NCBI GenBank assembly: GCA_030390025.1 | Contig: CM059431.1 | Span: 147,500,001 to 147,564,000 of the forward strand | Source: Squalus acanthias | Taxonomy: Eukaryota | Direction: 5' to 3' | DNA: 64,000 nt | Shown: in pieces, positions 59,901 to 64,000 of the stretch | Layout: each line of letters begins with the position of its first letter | Numbering within the stretch: the stretch's first letter is position 1 | Notes under the pieces: model-generated | What the model was told of the DNA's origin: nothing | Databases searched by the model: none | Seen by the model: the letters and a program-made list of their open reading frames with translations, nothing else | Made by a program: the position numbers and the translations under genes

Positions 59901-61868
59901 TCAGTGTAGAGGGAGCTTTACTCTGTATCTAACCTGTGCTGTACCTGCCATGGGAGTGGGAGTGTATGATGGGACAGTGCAGAGGGAGCTTTACTCTGTA
60001 TCTAACCCCGTTCTGTACCTTCCATGGGAGTGTTTGATGGGAGAGTGTAGAGGGAGCTTTACTCTGGATCTAACCCTTGCTGTGCCTGCCCTGGGATTGT
60101 TTAATTGGACAGTGTAGAGGGGGCTTTACTCTGGATCTAACCCTTGCTGTGCCTGCCCTGGTATTGTTTGATGGGACAGTGTAGAGGGAGCTTTACTTTG
60201 TATCTAAACCGTGCTGTACCTGTCCTGGGAGTGTTTGACAGGACAGTGTAGAGTGAGTTTTACTCTGTATCTAACCCGTGCTGTACCAGTCCTGGGCGTG
60301 TTTGATGGGACATTTCAAGGGAGCTTTACTCTGTATCTAACCCGTGCTGTACTAGGCCTGGGAGTGTTTGATGGGACCTGTAGAGGGAGCTTTACTCTGT
60401 ATCTAACCCGTGCTGTACCTGGCCTGGCAGTGTTTGATGGGACAGTGTAGATGGAGCTTTACTCTGTATTTTACCCGTGCTGTAACTGACCTGGGAGTGT
60501 TTGATGGGTCAGTGTAGAGGGAGCTTTACTCTGTATCTAACCCGTGCTGTACCAGGCCTGGGAGTGTTTGATGGTACAGTGTAGAGGGAGCTTTACTCTG
60601 GATCTAACCCTTGCTGTGCCTGCCCTGGGATTGTTTGATGGGACAGTGTAGGGGGAGCTTTACTCTGGATCTAATCCTTGCTGTGCCTGCCCTGGGATTG
60701 TTTGATGGGACAGTGTAGAGGGAGCTTTACTCTGTATTTAACCCGTGCTGTAACTGACCTGGGAGTGTTTGATGGGTCAGTGTAGAGGGAGCTTTACTCT
60801 GTATCTAACCCGTGCTGTAACTGACCTGGGAGTGTTTGATGAGACAGTGTAGAGAGAGCTTTACTCTGTATCTAACCCACGCTGTACCAGACCTGGGAGT
60901 GTTTGATGGGACCAGTAGAGGGAGCTTTACTCTGTGTCTAACCCGTGCTGTACCAGGCCTGGGAGTGTTTGATGGGACAGTGTAGATGGAGCTTTACTCT
61001 GTATTTAACCCGTGCCTTACCTGCCCTGCGAATGTTTGATGGGACAATGTAGAGGGACCTTTACTTTGTATCTAACCCGTGCTGTAACTGACCTGGGAGT
61101 GTTTGATGGGTCAGTGTAGAGGTAGCTTTACTCTGTATCTAACCCGTGCTGTACTTGCCCTGGGAGTGTTTGACAGGACAGTGTAGAGGGAGCATTACTC
61201 TGTATCTAACCCATGCTGTACCTGGCCTCGGAGTGTTTGATGGGACATTGTAGAGGGAGCTTTACTCTGTACCTAACCCGTGCTCTACCAGGCCTGGGAG
61301 TGTTTGATAGGACCTGTAGAGGAAGCTTTACTCTGTATCTAACCCGTGCTGTATCAGGCCTGGGAGTGTTTGATGGGACAGTGTAGAGGGAGCTTTACTC
61401 GGTATCTAACCCGAGCTGTAACTGACCTGGGAGTGTTTGATGGGACAGCGTAGAGGGAGCTTTACTCTGTATCTAAGCCGTGCTGTACCTGCCCTGGGAG
61501 TGTTTGACGGGACAGTTCAGAGGGAGCTTTAATCTGTATCTAACCCGTGCTGTACCTGCCCTGGGACTGTTTGATGGGACAGTGTAGATGGAGTTTTACT
61601 CTGTATTTAACCCGTGCTGTAACTGACCTGGGAGTGTTTGATGGGACAGCGTAGAGGGAGCTTTACTCTGTATCTAAGCCGTGCTGTACCTGCCCTGGGA
61701 GTGTTTGACGGGACAGTTCAGAGGGAGCTTTAATCTGTATCTAACCCGTGCTGTACCTGCCCTGGGACTGTTTGATGGGACAGTGTAGATGGAGTTTTAC
61801 TCTGTATTTAACCCGTGCTGTAACTGACCTGGGAGTGTTTGATGGGTCAGTGTAGAGGGAGCTTTACC
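56972..61868 (+). repeat. 67-bp satellite array (about 4.9 kb) with higher-order duplications
   Basis: About 73 units; identical ORFs at 57779 and 58770 mark a 991-bp internal duplication. Confidence 0.95.
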
Positions 61869-62817
61869 AAACTAATCCCACTGCCCCACACCCTCCCCAT
61901 AGCCCTGTACCAATCCCAAACTAATCCCACTGCCCCGCTCTCTCCCCATAGCCCTGTATCAAACCCAAACTAATCCCACTGCCCCGCTCTCTCCCCATAG
62001 CCCTGTACCAATCCCAAACTAATCCCACTGCCCCACACTCTCCCCATAGCCCTGTACCAATCCCAAACTAATCCAACTGCCCCACACCCTCCCCATAGCC
62101 CTGTACCAATCCCAAACTAATCCCACTGCCCCGCTCTCTCCCCATAGCCCTGTATCAAACCCAAACTAATCCCACTGCCCCGCTCTCTCCCCATCGCCCT
62201 ATATCAATCCCAAACTAATTCCACTGCCACGTGCTCTCCTGTAGCTCTGTATCAATCCCACGCTAATCCCACTGCTCCGCGCTCTCCCATAGTCCTGTGT
62301 CAATCCCCAAACTAACCTTATGCCCCGCTCTCTCCCCTTAGCCCTGTATCAATCTCAAACTAATCCCACTGCCCCGCTCTCTCCCCTTAGCCCTGTATCA
62401 ATCCCAAGCGAATCCCACGGCCATGCTCTCCCCCCATAGCCCTGTACCAATCCCCAAACTAATCCCACTGCCCCGCTCTCTCCCCTTAGCCCTGTATCAA
62501 TCCCAAGCTAATCCCACGGCCCCTCTCTCTCCCCATAGCCCTGTATTAATTCCAAAATAATCCCACTGCTCCGGGCTCTCCCCATAGCCCTACATCAATC
62601 TCAAAATAATCCCACTGCCCTGCTCTTTCCCCATAGCCTTGTTACTAATCCCACTGCCCCGCTCTCTCCCCATCGCCTTGGATCAATCCTAAACTAATCC
62701 CACTGCCCCGCTCTCTCCCCAGAGCCCTGTATCAATCTCAAACTAATCCCACTGCCCCGCTCTCTCCCCAGAGCCCTGTATCAATCTCAAACTAATCCCA
62801 CTGCCCTACTCTCTCCA

Positions 62818-63572
62818 GATCATCAACACAGATACCATCATCACACGTGAGGACACTACCCACCAGGTACATGGTACATACTCATGTGACTCGGCCAACG
62901 TTGTCTACCTCATACGTTGCAGGAAAGGATGCCCCAGAGCATGGTACATCGGCGAGACCATGCAGACACTGCGACAACGTATGAACGGACACCACGCAAC
63001 AATCGCCAGGCAGGATTGTTACCTCCCAGTCGGGGAACACTTCAGCAGTCAAGGACATTCAGCCTCGGATCTGCGGTTTAGCGTTCTCCAAGGCGGCCTT
63101 CGAGACACACGACAACGCAAAATCATCGAGCAGAAACTGATAGCCAAGTTCCGCACCCATGAGGACGGCCTCAATAGGGATCTCGGTTTCATGTCACACT
63201 ACATAAAGTGACTCGACATCGTTGTCTGGTTCACAGATGTGATTTCCAGTTTTTTTTTAAAAAGTAAAAAGCTTAACTGCAGACTGCAGCATTTGACGCG
63301 TTGGACCCCCTGTGACCCTACCTCATTGTCTTAGCTGTATTCTGCTGTGTCTTTGATGTAATGCCTCCCTGACGGATTGTATCTCTGCAGACACATTGTT
63401 CTCTGTCTATATATACTTTGTAACCGACTTGTAGTCCCTCACTTCACCTGATGAAGGAGCAGCGCTCCGAAAGCTCGTAATTTCAAATAAAACTGTTGGA
63501 CTATAACCTGGTGTTGTGCGACTTCTCATTTTTGTCCACCCCAGTCCAACACCGGCATCTCCGCATCATGAT
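62818..63572 (+). mobile_element. Penelope-like retroelement 3' fragment (GIY-YIG endonuclease + terminal repeat)
   Basis: Frame reads YSCDSANVVYLIRCRKGCPRAWYIGETMQTLRQRMNGH...EQKLIAKFRTHEDGLNRD, stop at 63209-63211. Confidence 0.88.
63444..63480 (+). ncRNA. Minimal hammerhead-ribozyme-like motif in the Penelope-like terminal repeat
   Basis: CTGATGA (63448-63454) + A + stem GGAGC/GCTCC + GAAA (63469-63472). Confidence 0.55.
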
Positions 63573-64000
63573 CACTCTCTCCCCATAGCCCTGTATCAAT
63601 CCCCAAACTAATCCCACTGCCCCACTCTCTCGCCATAGCCCTTTATCAATCCCCAAACTAATCCCACTGCCCCTCTCTCTCCCCATAGCCCTGTATCAAT
63701 CCCAAACTAATCCCACTGCCCCGCTCTCTCCCCATAGCCCTGTATCAATCCCAAACTAATCCCACTGCCCCGCTCTCTCCCCATAGCCCTGGATCAATCC
63801 CCAAGCTAATCCCACTGCCTCACTCTCTCCCCATAGCCCTGTACCAATCCCAAACTAATCCCACTGCCCCTCTCTCTCCCATAGCCCTGTATCAATCCCA
63901 AGCTAATCCCACTGCTCCTCTCTCTCCCCATAGCCCTGTATCAATCCCAAACGAATCCCACTGCCCCGCTCTCTCGCCATAGCCCTGGATCAATCCCAAG

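Overview
Repeat-dominated vertebrate genomic DNA, most consistent with a shark (elasmobranch) because of HE1/V-SINE-like and Deu-SINE-like SINEs and CR1, L2 and Penelope-like retroelements. The only convincing host coding sequences are two tandem, about 99% identical minus-strand ecto-ADP-ribosyltransferase (ARTC)-type catalytic exons (16136-16996, 18176-19036). They are atypical: R-S-QxE instead of R-S-ExE, no conserved ARTC disulfide cysteines, and a C-terminal transmembrane helix plus charged tail rather than a GPI signal. Upstream on the same strand lie four copies of a 37-nt signal-peptide-like leader exon, each next to an IRF or Ets-IRF motif, inside nested segmental duplications. The rest comprises a full-length decayed CR1 LINE with a Harbinger-type MITE inside it, other CR1/L2 fragments, a complete Tigger/pogo element, solo LTRs with target-site duplications, a Penelope-like GIY-YIG fragment with a hammerhead-like motif, and at least nine minisatellite families, four of which trace directly to short pieces of SINE/LINE sequence. 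Most ORFs in the supplied track are translations of these repeats and are not genes. Repeat boundaries are approximate unless a TSD is quoted.
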